DNA of 64,000 bases from an uncultured candidate division Zixibacteria bacterium (GCA_963806185.1 CAWDXE010000007.1:96001-160000), one strand, 5' to 3'. Shown: positions 43,905-54,677, counted from the first letter of the stretch. Program-made: numbers and translations. The notes: a model not told the origin generated them from the letters alone.

Positions 43905-44894
43905 CTACTCGTTGGTACCGCGAAGAACGGTAACGAGATCCGACGTTTTGCTGGAAATGCCGAGTTTTCTGCGGATCCGCTTGCGGGTGTTGACGACCGT
44001 AGCGGGGGAGATGCTCAGAGCAGAGGCGATTTGTTTCGACGAATAACCGGAAGAGATAAGGCTGCAAATCTGCAATTCGCGTGGCGTCAGATTTTTCCTT
44101 TCCAATCCGATCTCGCCGCCATGCTTCCGACTAATCGACTGCAACGCTTCCTCGAGGGCGGTGACAACGGGCCGAAGCTCGCTATCCGCCCGGTTGCGCA
44201 GCGCTTCCAATAATGGACTCAGTTGCAGCTCGATGTTCGTCAGAATGGTAGTGCGAATATCGTGGGCCTCCAGATCGATCTGATAGAGCAGTTCCCGCAG
44301 TGCGATGTTCTTTTCGGTGAGCTCCTTCGCGACGGTTTGCAGCCTGAGGTTCGCCTCTGCCAGACCCTCGCGTGACTTGGCCAGCTCGGTCACGTCGCGA
44401 AACGTAAACAGAAACGGACTGCCGGGAAGACCGGTGTCCTTCACGTCGGTCAGCACGCACACCTCTCGGCCGTCGGCAGCCAGCAATTTCGCCGGCACGT
44501 CGCGCAAATCGCGATGACTTTGCACCGACCGAAGCCAGTCGGTGCCCTCGCCGCCCAGAAGCTCAAAAATGGTCGGCATTCGCTTGTACTCCTCGTACGA
44601 GCGGCCGCAAAATCCCTCGGCGTTGGGGCACACAAAGGTGATGTTCCCTTCCTCATCGGTGAGAAAAGCGACATCTGAAATCGCCTCCAGAATCACCCGA
44701 TGCAATCCCTCTGAATCCGACAATAGACGGTTCCCGTGACACTGCTTCAGAAGGATGTTCAGGATTCCATTGACGGCAGCCGACAGGCATGCCTGCGCGC
44801 TGTCAGGGGTATCGTCCGACTCGGTGCTGGCAGGCTGGTCATACGTCACGTCCGCCAATGCTCGTGGTGAGTTCGGCAAGTCATTGGCCGCCAT
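43905..44894 (-). CDS. PAS plus LuxR-HTH transcriptional regulator (start uncertain)
   Basis: LEAISDVAFLTDEEGNITFVCP (PAS), KNIALRELL coiled coil and LTPRELQICSLI...IRRKLG. The 5' part of ORF 43905..45341 looks non-coding. Confidence 0.8.
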   Translation of the reverse strand: MAANDLPNSPRALADVTYDQPASTESDDTPDSAQACLSAAVNGILNILLKQCHGNRLLSDSEGLHRVILEAISDVAFLTDEEGNITFVCPNAEGFCGRSYEEYKRMPTIFELLGGEGTDWLRSVQSHRDLRDVPAKLLAADGREVCVLTDVKDTGLPGSPFLFTFRDVTELAKSREGLAEANLRLQTVAKELTEKNIALRELLYQIDLEAHDIRTTILTNIELQLSPLLEALRNRADSELRPVVTALEEALQSISRKHGGEIGLERKNLTPRELQICSLISSGYSSKQIASALSISPATVVNTRKRIRRKLGISSKTSDLVTVLRGTNE

Positions 44895-45495
44895 AGACTG
44901 ACGGGCCGACTCGCCCACCATCCAGCCCCCGGTCCGACAGCCAAGCCCAATTCCGGTCACGCGTTGACCGGCCGGCCAGCTCTTGGCGAGAGTGTTCAGG
45001 TGCTCGAGCAATTCCGCGGCGATTGCCTTACCGGCCTCGCAATGGACTCGAGTAGAGGACGGCAGCGACCGCCGAACGAGGTTCAGAGGGCCGTTGGCAT
45101 TGAATCGTTTGGCTGCAGACTTGGTTGTTGATGCCACAAGTGCTTCCGGCGTTGGAGATGGTTGTTTACGGACAGTATCGGCCGATCTGTTGAAAAGTTG
45201 AACAGGCCAAAAGAGAAAAATAAGCCGGCTAATCATTATGGTTGTTGTGAGTCTCTGGCGCACTATCGGATAGTTCCGTGATTGGGGCGGCCCGGAGTGA
45301 ACTTGCGCGACGCCCGATTCCTCTTTCATGAAGTCTGCCACTGTGGTAGCGGTGAGTACGACGACAAACCCGGGCTACTTTCAATCCGGTGTCAACCGAA
45401 TTGAGGGGCGAGTAAGCAACAAGCGCGGGACCGACATGGGACTGGACCTGATCGGCTATGTGACGGCTGACATCTTTGCCATACTAGCGCCTGAA

Positions 45496-45612
45496 TGCTG
45501 TAGTGCAAGTTGTTGCATCAACCTGACCGGCAATGTCGGCCGCGACGCAGCTGACGGCGTCGATGTCGGCGAGATCACGTGTTTGATCGACGACCCTTTA
45601 ATCCGCATCGCT
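45496..45612 (+). pseudogene. Remnant of a C-terminal dockerin-like tail
   Basis: SCCINLTGNVGRDAADGVDVGEITCLIDD aligns with TCCVAATGNVDCDAADGVDIGDLTALIDN of the 52175 gene. No upstream gene body is present. Confidence 0.7.
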
Positions 45613-45681
45613 GGATTGCCACCAAGCGAACAGTATCGTGATCCAACCTGGGAGAGACGAGGGCCGATCTCAGCGAGGTGC

Positions 45682-45774
45682 GTGACCCCTGTCATTTGTA
45701 CCCAATTTGGGTCCAATTCGCTCCGGTGTAGACAAGTCTACAAGCATCTAGACAAAACCATATGGAATTGCTAA
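45682..45774 (+). repeat. ~93-bp dispersed element, copy 1
   Basis: Ungapped match to 54387-54479 (about 73/93 by manual count). Contains TAGACAA repeats. Confidence 0.85.
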
Positions 45775-45842
45775 TTCGTTGGCGCTATTGGCACTATGGC
45801 GTAATCGATTGTATCGCAATTGGATGACGAATAAGGCTCGGG

Positions 45843-45860
45843 CGAATCCTACCTCCTCCG
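45843..45860 (+). repeat. Duplicated tRNA-Ser 3' end (attR-like)
   Basis: CGAATCCTACCTCCTCCG, followed by TTGTAA..CATT as in the tRNA copy. Confidence 0.9.
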
Positions 45861-46231
45861 GTTGTAAGTCATTGTGGGACAATCGTGTATGCCGCCCGTC
45901 AATCGGGTTCGCCGCATGACTCCTCCACCACCGGGATTGGGATTGTGAGACTTCTCTGCGGCGGGTTATGCGTGTGGTGGTCGCGCCTGCACCTGTTCCT
46001 ACGCTCACCATCGATATCTCATTCAGGCGTAAAGCCCGAGTAGTAGCCTTCTTGCGTGTACAGCCAGATCAGGCTGCCGACCCATATGGCCTGATAATGA
46101 ATACGTACTCCCGCAGCTGAGTTCCGCCTCACCCCGACAACCATTGACAAGCGGAGCCATTTATCCATATCTTTTGACAAGCACACGACAAGGTAATCAT
46201 ACGGTCCAAACCGATTGCAGTCGAGGACGAT

Positions 46232-49200
46232 ATGGTGCACTCCACGGTTCGGTGGCAGGGAGTACTCACATTAGCGCTTCTCACAAATCTAATAGTATCG
46301 GGATCCGGACTGACTGCGAATGTGGTTCGGGTCGACCATCGTATTTCTGCAATTCGATGGTACAGCTTTGGCGTTGCCCGGCAGAACTCATCCGCTGTCT
46401 CCGAAAGAGACAGCTTGGTGTCTTCTACGACCACGATGTCCGGCAGTCAGAAGTTGTCGGTCGGTCAAGCGGCGACCGCGTCGCGGCGCCTGGGCCCGGG
46501 CTTCGTCGTCGATAATACTTATGACGATTGGCAGCACGGTTCCCGCGGGCGTAAAGTGGATTTCTGGTCCACCCCCGACGTGCATTTTGCCTACTCCGAT
46601 CTGCCGCAAGCCAGCCTGGATTTCTCTCGCCTTGGTTACAATGTCTATGATCCTGTAGGCGGGACATGGCCGCATCTTGCCGGCCAGGGCTGCGAAATTC
46701 AAACAACCGGCGAATATGGCAGCATGGTCTCGTCGTCGATCACACCGTTGGGCCGCGCCGTTCTCGCCGGTCATGAACCCCGCTTGCAGGCGGATCATCA
46801 CCTTTATTACCAGTCCGCTGGCACCGCGTATAGCTGTCTATGGGGGATGGGCACAGCCATCCCGAAATCGAACTATAGCCAGTGGCGTGGCAATCCAGCC
46901 GATACCGCACCGGAACTGAATTTCCCCATCATCGAGATGCAACTGATCGGCGCCGATACGGTGCTTCACCTGGCTGCGCGCTGGAATGGTACCGTCGCTC
47001 CCGGCGGCCCAAACGCACTCGGGTCGGTCGAATACCCAATCCTGTACTATCGCAAGCTCGGGCAGACTGCATCGGGAACATGGACCGGCCCAACGGTTAT
47101 CGATACATCCTACTACTATCTGCACCTTGCAGCGTCACGCGTAAATCAAAACGTGGCCGTCTCCTACATCAAGATCACGGACGCCGGGTATGCCCAGGGT
47201 GAATCGTCAGACGAGATGGCGTGTTATCGTGAGTCGAATGACGGCGGTCTGACCTGGGGACCGCGCACCGTGATCCACTCGATAGATCGATCCGTGCAAA
47301 CCATAGCGCCGTGGGTGGAGGCACAGTGCTTGTACGACAGCAACGGCGATTTGCATATCGTTTTCAATGCGCGGCTGGTCGCTGCTAACCCATACCTTAC
47401 CGGCTATGAGTGGAATTCGCTCCTTAGTGGCTCGAACGTTTATCATTGGTACAAGCCCACCAACGCTGTCAGCTTGGTTTATGATGCGACGTGGCCTGCG
47501 GATCAGATCTACGGCAGAGTCTGTGGCTGGATCGGTTACAACGCCCTCACGACAGCCTACGTGACCATGTCTGAGTGCGGAGGCCACATATACGTCTTTT
47601 GGTCCATGGCCAACGACATGAATACCCCTGGAGCGCCGACCGATGATTGCGCCTCCAGTGTCGGTGCGAGTGACTGGCGTTTTCAAGGAAACGCCGATAT
47701 CTTTATGTCTGTCTCCAATGACCTCTACGGAAGCCTCTGGGACACACCGCGAAACGTTACGGCTACCTATACGCCGAACTGCGATTCAGCCGCTGGTAAT
47801 GGAATCTGCATGAGTGAGGTCAAAGCGGCAACGTCCCGTTACGGACTTGACTCTTCCTCTTACGGCGCGGCCCTTACCTGGCCGGACACATCCTTGACTC
47901 TCGGGGGCGAGCGAAATAATGACTCGTCGATTCAGCTGTTCTACGTGGAAGATCATTATCCTGGTCAATGGACACTGTCGGGCCAATTCACTTTCGTGCC
48001 GACACTCAATCCGCTGAAGTGGGCCCGGATTTCCTGCGTGGCTCCCGTTCCCGAAGCGAAGCTTGTCGCGAATCCAAAGAGCGTGGGATATCCGTACAAT
48101 GTGCTAAACCATTCAATTCACGACACCACCATCGAGCTCCGAAATACGGGAAACATCGAACTCGGATACACTGTCGCGGCTCAGCAGAACAACGGGCCGA
48201 CCGGCTGGCTTTCGGTTTCTCCTGGGAACGGAACGGTTCCGCCAGGGGGGGCTACCCAGCCGCTGAACGTACGGATCGATGCCAGTTCGGTTGAGGCGGG
48301 AGATTCCGTCGTGTACCTGCAGGGGCGATTAGTGTTCACCTCCAATGCATTGACCAGCCCCGACACGGTTCCGATTATAGTAGCGGTTGTTGACACCATC
48401 GGTAACCTCGTCTGGGACACGATCAGCACAACTTGTCTGTCGTTAACCGTCGCTAACAATGGGACGGCCGGACACCAGGGGCTCGGAAAAGTCAATTTGG
48501 ATTACTTCAATCATGGCGACTGCGATACGTTGTCCACCGACCACACAGTGTCCGAACTTTACCTCTTTGATGCGTCGCCGGTGGTTGGCTGGGTGAAAAA
48601 CGGTGATACTGTACTGTATGATGGGCTGTATACCGGCTCGATCCGTACGCAGAGTAGCCTCCTGCCTACGGAAGCACCGACCGGGCCGGTGCAAATGCCC
48701 GGCTACACCGCCTATCAAACCGGTACCTTTGTGACCTATGACTCCACCATTGGCGTGCGTCGCACATGGATGGCGCCGACCGGGGCCAGTTCCTGCAACT
48801 ATTTGATTCAGGAACAAAAAGTATTTGTTCGCGACGGTCAGGTGCACAGCGGGCTCATGATCGGCGATCTCGTGGACTGGGACATTCCTTCCAGCACCGA
48901 TCGAATGAACGTCGGTGGAGTGGATCCGTCTCGAAACCTGCTCTATCAATCCGGGATTGGTAGCGACTGTCAGTCGAATGCTGATAGGTTCGGCGGCTTG
49001 GCGCTCATCGGCTGGCAGAAAAACTCACAGACGACCGGCCACACCTGCAGTGGTGGTTACGTCATGCGCACCGACTCCATGCTGCTCCGGCCCTTCGTCG
49101 GTTTTGACCCGCGACAGCTGTATCGTCGTATGTCCCTGGTGACGTCGCTGACGGCCAACCCGGCTGACACGGCCGATCAATATATGGCCATTGCGTACGT

Positions 49201-52024
49201 GTCCGGCCTCTCTCTGGGGCCTGGAGATACACTGACGATCTACAGCGCCTACGCGACGGTCAGAAATGGTACGCTCAGCACTCTGCAGAGAGCGATCGAT
49301 AGCGCCAAAACATGGCTATGCAACTCAGGCCGTCATCCTTTCCTCCCGACGCCGGACATCTGTGATTTCTGCGGGGATGTGAATTCGGACGGCGTTATCG
49401 AAATCAGTGATATCACTGAACTAACATCCTATCTCTACCACTCTGGTGCGGCTCCACAGCCGCTGAATGTGGCGGACATGGACGGATTCAGCGGGGTAAC
49501 GAACAATGACCTGATGCGCCTATATGACTACCTGTTCGAGAGCTTCCTCCCTCCAAGCTGCGAGACTGCGCCAATACCCTTCCCGGCGATCAGCGACACG
49601 ATTCTTATCACGGGGAGCTACGTTGTTCCCGGCGTCAGCAAGCCGGTCGTGAATCTGTGGATGCGCACGCAGACGCTCTGGCAGGGGCTGTCATTTCCGT
49701 TCTCGGCGCATTGTCTTACATCAGATCTTTACATCGATTCGCTGGTGATCAACCCGGCGATGAAATTTGAGGAGCAGTCCTTTGCCCTTGTTGATTCAAT
49801 TCACAACCCTTCTGACGCGAGAGGGTTGATCGGTTTCGCCAGCCCAGCGCACGAGTACAGCGGTGATGTCCTGCTCGCATCAGTATACTTTACCGTAACA
49901 CCAAGCGACCGAATACAACGAATTTCGTTCGATACTTCATCCTTTTTGCCTGGCCATACGACGGTTCTCTCCCGTTGGTCGGGAACCGGTGAAACGGGGG
50001 TACCGACCCTGAAAGACGAATTCGACATCGACCACGATAATGTACCTGACACGGTGGATAACTGCATGCTGATTGCGAATCCATCCCAGAGTGATATCGA
50101 TTCGGATTCGCTCGGCGATCCGTGCGACAATTGTCCGTCGGTTGCCAACGGCGATCAGATTGATTCGGACGGTGATGGAAAGGGTGACGCCTGCGATCCT
50201 GGCGTTGGCGACTTTTCCGCTACGCCTCGATGTGGCGGCGCACCTCTGACCGTCTCGTTCGTTGATGCCACCGTTCCGCTACGGCCCGCCGTGAGCTGGC
50301 ATTGGGATTTCGGGGACAACGCCACGTCAACCCAAAGCAATCCGACACACGAGTATTCTGATGTCGGCGTGTTCGACGTGACAATGATAGTGTCCGACGG
50401 TTTTGGGGCAGACACCATCACGAAGGAGTCGTATGTCACAACGCAGGAGGGTCTCACTGTTGAGTTCTCGGCCATACCTACGGCCGGTCAATCGCCGCTG
50501 ACGGTGGCCTTCGCCGCCAATATCACTGGGTTGGTCACTGACTATCTCTGGGAATTCGGTGATGGTGATACCGGCAACATCGCGAACCCGATACATACGT
50601 ACGCCGTTCAGGGCATCTACTCTGTGATGCTGAAGGCTCGGTTTGTCCAGGACGGCTGCAATCAAGCCGACTCCCTCATCAAACAGCAGTTCATAACGGT
50701 ACGTGATCTGGTGGCTCGGTTCACAGCCGACAAACAGGTCGGCAGCTTCCCGCTAACGGTACAGTTTATTGATCAGAGTTCCGGCGAGCCGACATCTTGG
50801 TACTGGGATTTCGGCGACAATGCGACATCGTCGTTACAGCATCCGATCCACGTGTATTCCACAGCGGGCCGATACGACGTGAAACTGAAAGTAGCGAACA
50901 GTCTCTTCGAGGACAGTACCGCCGTCCTTGGTTTTGTTCAGGTCGATACCCCGTATGTCGATCTGGAGACAGATGTCTGGACCAATGGAGCCAAACCCGG
51001 TTTTGACTTCTGGTTCCGGGTCCCCTGGAGTAACCTCGGTACCAGCGATGCCGCCGAATGCACGCTCAAGGTTCTGCCGCCGGCGTTGATGCAGCTCCAG
51101 TGGGTCGATGCCGATTTTGATCCTCAGGGTGCCTATCAGGGATTCACTTTATCCGGTGACACAGTGGTGGTGTCGCTTGGCGCGGTTCCACCCAACGGTC
51201 GTTACGGCGGCTATCTGAAATGCTACGGCACCCTGCCGGGCTGGCCGGATGTCGAAGTCGGGGATACCCTGGTCGGCGAGGCCTGGCTGACGACTGCATC
51301 GATAGACGCCGACACGGGTAACAACAGCGTGATCCATGCCTTCGAGGTGACTGGCTCAATCGACCCGAACAACAAGACCGCCTATCCGGAGGGCATCGGC
51401 ACGTTGCAGGCGATCAAGCCGACCCAGCGACTGGATTACCTCGTGCAATTCGAAAACACGAAAGAGGCCAGCGAAGCGGCCACGTACGTGCTGGTGGTCG
51501 ACACTCTTGATCCCAATCTGGACTGGCGCACGCTCGCAATTGGCGCCGAAAGTCACCCGAGCAAGTGTGTGCACAGCTTTGACCCCTTTACCGGCGTCAT
51601 TACCTGGTTCTGCGACAGTATCATGCTTCCGCCCAACGTTGTTGCCCCAGAGGGCGAGGGGTACTTCACCTATTCTATATCGCCGAAGACAGGCCTGCCG
51701 GAAGGAACCGAGATCAGCAACCGCGCTTGGATTCGCTTCGACTTCAACAAGTGGCTGGAGGCACCCAAGGCGGGTCCGCTGATACGGCATATCTTTGCTG
51801 GATGCTGCGTGGCACAAACCGGCAACATCGACTGCGACCCAACGAATGGTGTGGATATTGGCGATCTGACCACACTCATCGACAACCTCTTCATCAGCTT
51901 CACACCACTATGCTGCGATGCTGAGGCCAACTGCGATGGACTTGGCGGGATCGACATCGGTGACCTTACGGCCCTTATCGACAACTTGTTCATCACCTTC
52001 ACGCCGCTGGCGGGGTGTCAGTAG
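46232..52024 (+). CDS. Large secreted modular protein: BNR/propeller-like N-terminus, Ig-like, dockerin, cohesin-like, TSP3, 3xPKD, DUF11/SxDPN-type domain, C-terminal dockerin
   Basis: Signal peptide; ESNDGGLTW; GDVNSDGVIEISD; DNC...Q.D.D.D..GD.CD; three W(D/E)FGD motifs; SIDPNNK; GCCVAQTGNIDCD tail. Confidence 0.85.
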   Translation: MVHSTVRWQGVLTLALLTNLIVSGSGLTANVVRVDHRISAIRWYSFGVARQNSSAVSERDSLVSSTTTMSGSQKLSVGQAATASRRLGPGFVVDNTYDDWQHGSRGRKVDFWSTPDVHFAYSDLPQASLDFSRLGYNVYDPVGGTWPHLAGQGCEIQTTGEYGSMVSSSITPLGRAVLAGHEPRLQADHHLYYQSAGTAYSCLWGMGTAIPKSNYSQWRGNPADTAPELNFPIIEMQLIGADTVLHLAARWNGTVAPGGPNALGSVEYPILYYRKLGQTASGTWTGPTVIDTSYYYLHLAASRVNQNVAVSYIKITDAGYAQGESSDEMACYRESNDGGLTWGPRTVIHSIDRSVQTIAPWVEAQCLYDSNGDLHIVFNARLVAANPYLTGYEWNSLLSGSNVYHWYKPTNAVSLVYDATWPADQIYGRVCGWIGYNALTTAYVTMSECGGHIYVFWSMANDMNTPGAPTDDCASSVGASDWRFQGNADIFMSVSNDLYGSLWDTPRNVTATYTPNCDSAAGNGICMSEVKAATSRYGLDSSSYGAALTWPDTSLTLGGERNNDSSIQLFYVEDHYPGQWTLSGQFTFVPTLNPLKWARISCVAPVPEAKLVANPKSVGYPYNVLNHSIHDTTIELRNTGNIELGYTVAAQQNNGPTGWLSVSPGNGTVPPGGATQPLNVRIDASSVEAGDSVVYLQGRLVFTSNALTSPDTVPIIVAVVDTIGNLVWDTISTTCLSLTVANNGTAGHQGLGKVNLDYFNHGDCDTLSTDHTVSELYLFDASPVVGWVKNGDTVLYDGLYTGSIRTQSSLLPTEAPTGPVQMPGYTAYQTGTFVTYDSTIGVRRTWMAPTGASSCNYLIQEQKVFVRDGQVHSGLMIGDLVDWDIPSSTDRMNVGGVDPSRNLLYQSGIGSDCQSNADRFGGLALIGWQKNSQTTGHTCSGGYVMRTDSMLLRPFVGFDPRQLYRRMSLVTSLTANPADTADQYMAIAYVSGLSLGPGDTLTIYSAYATVRNGTLSTLQRAIDSAKTWLCNSGRHPFLPTPDICDFCGDVNSDGVIEISDITELTSYLYHSGAAPQPLNVADMDGFSGVTNNDLMRLYDYLFESFLPPSCETAPIPFPAISDTILITGSYVVPGVSKPVVNLWMRTQTLWQGLSFPFSAHCLTSDLYIDSLVINPAMKFEEQSFALVDSIHNPSDARGLIGFASPAHEYSGDVLLASVYFTVTPSDRIQRISFDTSSFLPGHTTVLSRWSGTGETGVPTLKDEFDIDHDNVPDTVDNCMLIANPSQSDIDSDSLGDPCDNCPSVANGDQIDSDGDGKGDACDPGVGDFSATPRCGGAPLTVSFVDATVPLRPAVSWHWDFGDNATSTQSNPTHEYSDVGVFDVTMIVSDGFGADTITKESYVTTQEGLTVEFSAIPTAGQSPLTVAFAANITGLVTDYLWEFGDGDTGNIANPIHTYAVQGIYSVMLKARFVQDGCNQADSLIKQQFITVRDLVARFTADKQVGSFPLTVQFIDQSSGEPTSWYWDFGDNATSSLQHPIHVYSTAGRYDVKLKVANSLFEDSTAVLGFVQVDTPYVDLETDVWTNGAKPGFDFWFRVPWSNLGTSDAAECTLKVLPPALMQLQWVDADFDPQGAYQGFTLSGDTVVVSLGAVPPNGRYGGYLKCYGTLPGWPDVEVGDTLVGEAWLTTASIDADTGNNSVIHAFEVTGSIDPNNKTAYPEGIGTLQAIKPTQRLDYLVQFENTKEASEAATYVLVVDTLDPNLDWRTLAIGAESHPSKCVHSFDPFTGVITWFCDSIMLPPNVVAPEGEGYFTYSISPKTGLPEGTEISNRAWIRFDFNKWLEAPKAGPLIRHIFAGCCVAQTGNIDCDPTNGVDIGDLTTLIDNLFISFTPLCCDAEANCDGLGGIDIGDLTALIDNLFITFTPLAGCQ

Positions 52025-52174
52025 GCTATGACAAAAAGACACGAGATTTCTGTGCGAACGTTCGTAGTGGGTGGCTCTTGGGAGTCAGTATTTTGTTCTC
52101 GGTATTTGAGATGTTCGATACTTGATCCTAATGATTAGGGCATCTGTGCACGCCATGGGAAAGGAAAATCAGTC

Positions 52175-54340
52175 ATGATCGCACCTGCAACCCTGATGCT
52201 CCGATTGGGTGCTCTGCTCACTGTCGTCGCGTTGCTCTTCGCGTCTGCTTTGACGGCCGAGCCAATACAGCACGAATTGAACGCGCCCGACTACCGCCTG
52301 TCGCCCCCGCGACCTCCGGATTGGGTGATGCCGAAGATGCCGCTACAGCCGCAACGATCGGCTGCAGCGTCAATGACCCACGATCAGTACCTGTCGATCG
52401 ATGTGTTGGTCGTGGTGTACACAAACTACGTATTTGACAATGTCACTACGTCCGAGATCCAGGCGTTGCAGGCCGAGGTGGCGCAGGCCCGCGAGTTCGA
52501 CTTTAGAAACTCCCAGTGCCGCCTTGACTTGAATATCTCGTACGAGGTCATCAATCGTAACCTGACGCTCAATCAATTCTGGAAAGTTGCCCCGCCGTAC
52601 GGATACTGGTATCCATTTTGGGAGGTCGATGGGATTCACTCGGTACGGAACGACCTCTACGCGCTTGGATATTCCGACAACCAGTTTGCGGCCGTCTTTG
52701 TGTACTATGCGTGGCAGAATGTAGACACTGCTGCCGCCGCATACGGCGGCGGCGCATACGGTCCGGACGTCGGGTTCATGGGCAATACCGCGTACGCATC
52801 GGTGCCACTTTGTTGGGACCCGGCCACCAACGACTGGTACTTCATACACGAATTTCATCACCAGCTCGACGGTATGTTCAATTACTCGGGGCATCCGGAG
52901 TATCCGCATGCCGATCAGCCGGGGGATTATAATGGAGGATATGACGACGGATATTCATTCAATGCCTGGATTATGCGAAGCTGGCCCTTTAATGACTGGG
53001 GCGGAATGTCCACAAGCTGGGGCAGTGTGTCAACCTTTGACGATCCCGACACAGACTCGCTGCCCAATAGCGGGACGTTCCCGATCACGGAGACCACATT
53101 TGGAAGTGACCCGACATCCATTGATGGCGACTACGATGGCTTGTCAGATATGGGTGAGGCGACGGCCGATTATTTTAAGGGATCCGATCCGATGGAACAG
53201 GATACGGATGGTGACGGGCTACCAGACGGACTCGATCGCTACGCGCTAGACTCGGTGAAGACGCGTGTGCCGTACGCGAATCCGATTATCGACGGCGTCA
53301 TTAATTGTCCCAACTGCAGTATTGCTCATATTGTGGGAGAAAGCAGCGCCGACTTGAACGCCACTCTGTATGCCGGTCACAATGACTCTGGTCTGTATAT
53401 CGCCTTGCAAGCAAACGATGATATCGTACAGACACCGTGGGGAGACCCGTGGTGGGACGACGGCTTCGAGATAAAGCTGGACGCCACTGATGATGGCTAT
53501 CTCAACCGCGGAGACAATGACTATACGATTTCCGTGGCTCCCACAGGTGGTACAACCACACCGCTCGTCAATTGGGCTATCCTGCGGTCCAATGGAACCC
53601 GCGACCAGACGTATATCCCTCAAACCGACGTTCGAGCGGCGTACACTAGGGGATCAAACAGCTATTCAATCGAAGTCTTCATCAAGACTAATACCCTGAC
53701 CGGCCTGGGAGTGTCATCTCTGGACACCATCGGTCTGCAGGTTGATGTAATCGACTATGACACCTATCCGGGATGGCCCCACTATGTATATTTCACCAAG
53801 TTCCTAAGTCTTGATTTTATCGCCAAAGACGAGGCGCCGCCCGCGCCGCCCCAGAATTTAACTGCCAACGCGAGTACCGATAGCGTCGTATTGGCGTGGA
53901 ACAAGAACCTTGAACTTGATATCTCTCGGTACCGGATCTTTGGTGGCGTCAGTCCCCATCCGACAAGTAAAGTCGACTCCACGACTGGAGGAATAAGTGA
54001 CACAACCAAAGTCGTACACGGGCTGGTTGCGGGGACAGCTTTTTACTTCAGAATAGCCGCCGTGGATACGGCTGGAAACGTAAGTTCCTACTCGAATGAA
54101 GTAGCAGTGTTGATGACGTGTTGTGTCGCCGCCACCGGTAATGTCGACTGCGACGCAGCTGACGGTGTCGATATCGGAGACCTGACAGCCCTGATCGACA
54201 ACCTGTTCATCTCGTTCACACCACTCTGTTGTGAAGCCGAAGCGAACTGCGACGGTTCGGGCGGAATAGACATCGGAGACCTGACGGCCCTGATCGACAA
54301 CCTGTTCATCACCTTCACGCCGCTGGCGGCGTGTCAGTGA
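52175..54340 (+). CDS. Secreted zinc-metallopeptidase-like protein with TSP3-like, CBM9-like, FN3 and dockerin domains
   Basis: Signal peptide; IHEFHHQLD; DGDYDGLSD and DTDGDGLPD; LYIALQANDD...DGFEI; PPAPPQNL...AVDTAGN; CC-dockerin tail. Confidence 0.8.
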   Translation: MIAPATLMLRLGALLTVVALLFASALTAEPIQHELNAPDYRLSPPRPPDWVMPKMPLQPQRSAAASMTHDQYLSIDVLVVVYTNYVFDNVTTSEIQALQAEVAQAREFDFRNSQCRLDLNISYEVINRNLTLNQFWKVAPPYGYWYPFWEVDGIHSVRNDLYALGYSDNQFAAVFVYYAWQNVDTAAAAYGGGAYGPDVGFMGNTAYASVPLCWDPATNDWYFIHEFHHQLDGMFNYSGHPEYPHADQPGDYNGGYDDGYSFNAWIMRSWPFNDWGGMSTSWGSVSTFDDPDTDSLPNSGTFPITETTFGSDPTSIDGDYDGLSDMGEATADYFKGSDPMEQDTDGDGLPDGLDRYALDSVKTRVPYANPIIDGVINCPNCSIAHIVGESSADLNATLYAGHNDSGLYIALQANDDIVQTPWGDPWWDDGFEIKLDATDDGYLNRGDNDYTISVAPTGGTTTPLVNWAILRSNGTRDQTYIPQTDVRAAYTRGSNSYSIEVFIKTNTLTGLGVSSLDTIGLQVDVIDYDTYPGWPHYVYFTKFLSLDFIAKDEAPPAPPQNLTANASTDSVVLAWNKNLELDISRYRIFGGVSPHPTSKVDSTTGGISDTTKVVHGLVAGTAFYFRIAAVDTAGNVSSYSNEVAVLMTCCVAATGNVDCDAADGVDIGDLTALIDNLFISFTPLCCEAEANCDGSGGIDIGDLTALIDNLFITFTPLAACQ

Positions 54341-54386
54341 GGTAGCCGTAAGTGTGATAGTTCCGAGGCCATTCATCAACGGGTGA

Positions 54387-54479
54387 GTGGTCTCTTTCAT
54401 TTGTGCCCGATTTTGATCCAATCAACTCCGGTATAGACAAGTCTGCAGCGATCTAAACAAGACCATATGGAAATGCGAA
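54387..54479 (+). repeat. ~93-bp dispersed element, copy 2
   Basis: Matches 45682-45774. Confidence 0.85.
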
Positions 54480-54677
54480 CTGGTATTCGTCTGATGACCG
54501 GCGGATAGCCAAACGACACCTATATTGGGAAGAGTACTCCTGTCCTGATGCCTTGATCGCCGGAATTGTTTTCGATTTTGACCTCCTGTTCTTTGCCGTA
54601 TTATATCCTGTAGAGAACGCATGTTTGGTTACTCTTGTCTGTCCGGGGCGCCGAGTAGCTCCGATCAGGCAAGGTAA

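Noticed and set aside
45843..45860. Second tRNA gene
   Set aside because: Only the 3' 18 nt are present, with no D or anticodon arm.
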